A stretch of DNA of 63,350 nt, counting the filler, from Hyphochytrium catenoides (lineage: Eukaryota > Protista > Hyphochytriomycota): the NCBI GenBank assembly GCA_900088475.1. It is 8 parts of 8 records of this genome, joined end to end, with 100 filler letters (N's around TTAATTAATTAA, not from the genome) between each part and the next. Parts side by side here need not be neighbours in the genome. Positions count along the whole stretch, not along the records: positions 50,705 to 63,350 come from FLMG01003256.1; 7 more parts are not named here. One strand, written 5' to 3'. The notes under the pieces are model-generated. The model saw only the letters and a program-made list of their open reading frames with translations. It was not told where the DNA came from and made no database searches. Below are positions 61,482-63,350 of this stretch, one piece after another. Positions within the stretch are counted from its first letter, which is position 1. Each line of letters begins with the position of its first letter. Both the position numbers and the translations under genes were made by a program.

Positions 61482-62007
61482 GCTAGACAGCGCTTTGCAT
61501 GGCTCCGCAACCTCAATGCGCGCTCAAGCTTCTATTCCTGGCCTTCCCTGCCACTTAAGTATGGTGAGTTGACGCTTATCAGTTCGCTAAGTCGTCAACT
61601 GTTGGCCCGCCTGCTGCTGCCGTTGTCCGGCATTATTAGAACTATTGCTCGTTGGCGTATGGAAAACGAAGAGTTCATAGAAGAAGAAGAGTTCAGATTT
61701 GTCGAGTAAAATACTGAGTAAAGTAGAGTTGTGGAGACTTTTTAACCCATGCTGATGATGCAGTGGAGTTAGAAAGGGTTCTGACCTGTGCCCACTAATA
61801 ATAACAGCATTTTATAAAGGATTAGAGGTTGCGACGACGCTGTACCAGTTGTATACATACTACTGTGATGTACCAAGTATATAGGAACTCTTATGATGAT
61901 GATGATGATTTATAAGGCCTTAGGTAGAACTAGTAGGCCTGGTGCTGCAGTATTCTACTACGACCTCCTCCGTCAACCCTCAAAGCTATCGGCCTCCGTC
62001 CTCGGTT

Positions 62008-63350
62008 CTAGATTGACGGAGTAAGGTCCTGTCTTGAACCAGTAAGGGAGCTCAATGATTCATGTGCGGAGCGGTGGCGTAGGCCGTTGGAACTGCCATC
62101 GTTTGCAGTCACGGAAGACGTCATGGAAAATGATGACCTGGCATCATCAAATGGATCTGCAAACTCCATTTCCTTGACTTCTTCTTCGTCCTCACTCTCT
62201 AGCTTCATTACTTCCTCCCTTTCTGCTTGGTTGGCATGCTCCATCCTTCTCTTCTTCATTAAGGTTATGTCTTCGGACTTGTCCGATTCCTCCTCGTACA
62301 AATCGTCATGAGGGGAGGAATAGGCTAAATAGAGAACCATCAGGCCAATCCCTTCAAAGAACGCGATGTGCAGCACAGAAAGCACAGCTGTCGTCAGAAA
62401 CCAGTGATACATATAGTAGCGGATGCCAGTCAGTTGTGCGATGACAGAGATCCGGCCCCCATATAGCTGAAGCATAGGATGACTTAGAGTGATATTTGCG
62501 AAGGCCACTGGATGATCATACGATTCTTCATAGCCGTTGAAGACGATGACGGACAGTTCTTCCTCTTGCTCCTGAAAGTAGGAAAGTGGACATCAATCAG
62601 GAAAGAACTATCATGATTCTTGAAGACGCACAGACCTGAATACCAAGAGCCGTTGGCAAGGCCCAAGCCAGAGTGCGAAGAGTCCTGACCAGCCAGAATT
62701 GTTGACTTATAGTAGCTGACCTCAGGCTCCTGGCTAAAAGCATCTGGGAGTGGTCCTTGAGCTCAGCCGTCACCATAAACACCCCGACCTTTTCGTTCAT
62801 TTCACTGAGTGGAAGGGTAAGAGTGACTATGACGTCGTAGAAAGTCTTGGCATTGAGTATGCGGTCTTTCCGCACCTCCGTGTCTATTTCCGGGTTAATG
62901 TACCTGAAGTTGAGCTGAGTTAGCTAGTATCCAGCTTCAGAAGAGCTAGCTCACTAAGGGAACAGAGTACGGTACCATTGCGTTCTTCGGGTGAGGAAGT
63001 CGACGGTAGCTGTCGGTAGTTCATTGGTACCGACGAGGCTGTCCCGCAGGTCAGCATGCGTCCCATAATCGAAAAATAAGGGGCGATCGTAGGTTCGTCT
63101 TGGCATTATGAGGAGGTAAAGGAACGCGTAGATAACAGTGGCAGACCCCAACAACGTCCCAATGACTATGGTCCACTGTAGAGATGAAGGGTAGCAAGGT
63201 AAGTACCAATGAGGATCAAACACTGCCCAACGAACGCACCTTTAGGGCAATGATGCCAACCCGAAGGGATACAGCCAGTGCATCTTGTAAAGCAGCTTGA
63301 CCTTTCCGAGTGACCCTGCGGACGTAATGACTATAGTCATTTCTATACGT
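62008..63350 (-). CDS. BSCL2: Seipin (lipid-droplet biogenesis protein), 5' end outside the window
   Basis: TM1 followed by RPLFFDYG, YDVIVTLTLPLSEMNEKVGVFMV, LARSLRS and LQLYGGRISVIAQLTGIRYYMYHWF plus TM2, then an acidic C-terminal tail. Confidence 0.92.

Noticed and set aside
61753-61784. TGATGA...CTGA as a C/D snoRNA
   Set aside because: The boxes are only ~30 nt apart, too short, and there is no convincing terminal stem.

Overview
Eukaryotic nuclear DNA, most likely a stramenopile/ochrophyte alga (inferred from GT-AG introns and the uL22 motif HFKHCREV). It is a draft pseudo-scaffold: seven 100-nt gaps each contain an artificial TTAATTAATTAA linker, so eight separate contigs are concatenated and adjacency across linkers is unproven. 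Spliced genes reconstructed by hand: an SDR oxidoreductase, a UBM+PUB protein, a prolyl-4-hydroxylase-like dioxygenase, CMS1/CMSS1, a DEK-C+CHZ (HIRIP3-like) histone chaperone, RPL17, an intronless SP-motif-rich protein, a YY1-like zinc-finger factor, RIF1, a MutT/Nudix hydrolase invisible to the ORF track, a large IQ-motif protein, QDPR, SFT2, a hypothetical protein and seipin. There are also Ty3/Gypsy and PIF/Harbinger fragments and GA/CT repeats. The most notable observations are: (1) the bacterial-type MutT gene is split into very short exons and appears spliced in frame to an unknown Cys-rich N-terminal module next to a rearranged Harbinger remnant; (2) the P4H catalytic fold is interrupted by a ~250-aa tandemly duplicated insert; (3) the IQ protein carries a dynein-stalk MTBD-like domain but no visible motor; (4) RIF1 has PP1-docking-like motifs at both ends. 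No prokaryotic system, CRISPR, rRNA or tRNA is supported. All family assignments come from motif recognition by eye, not database searches.
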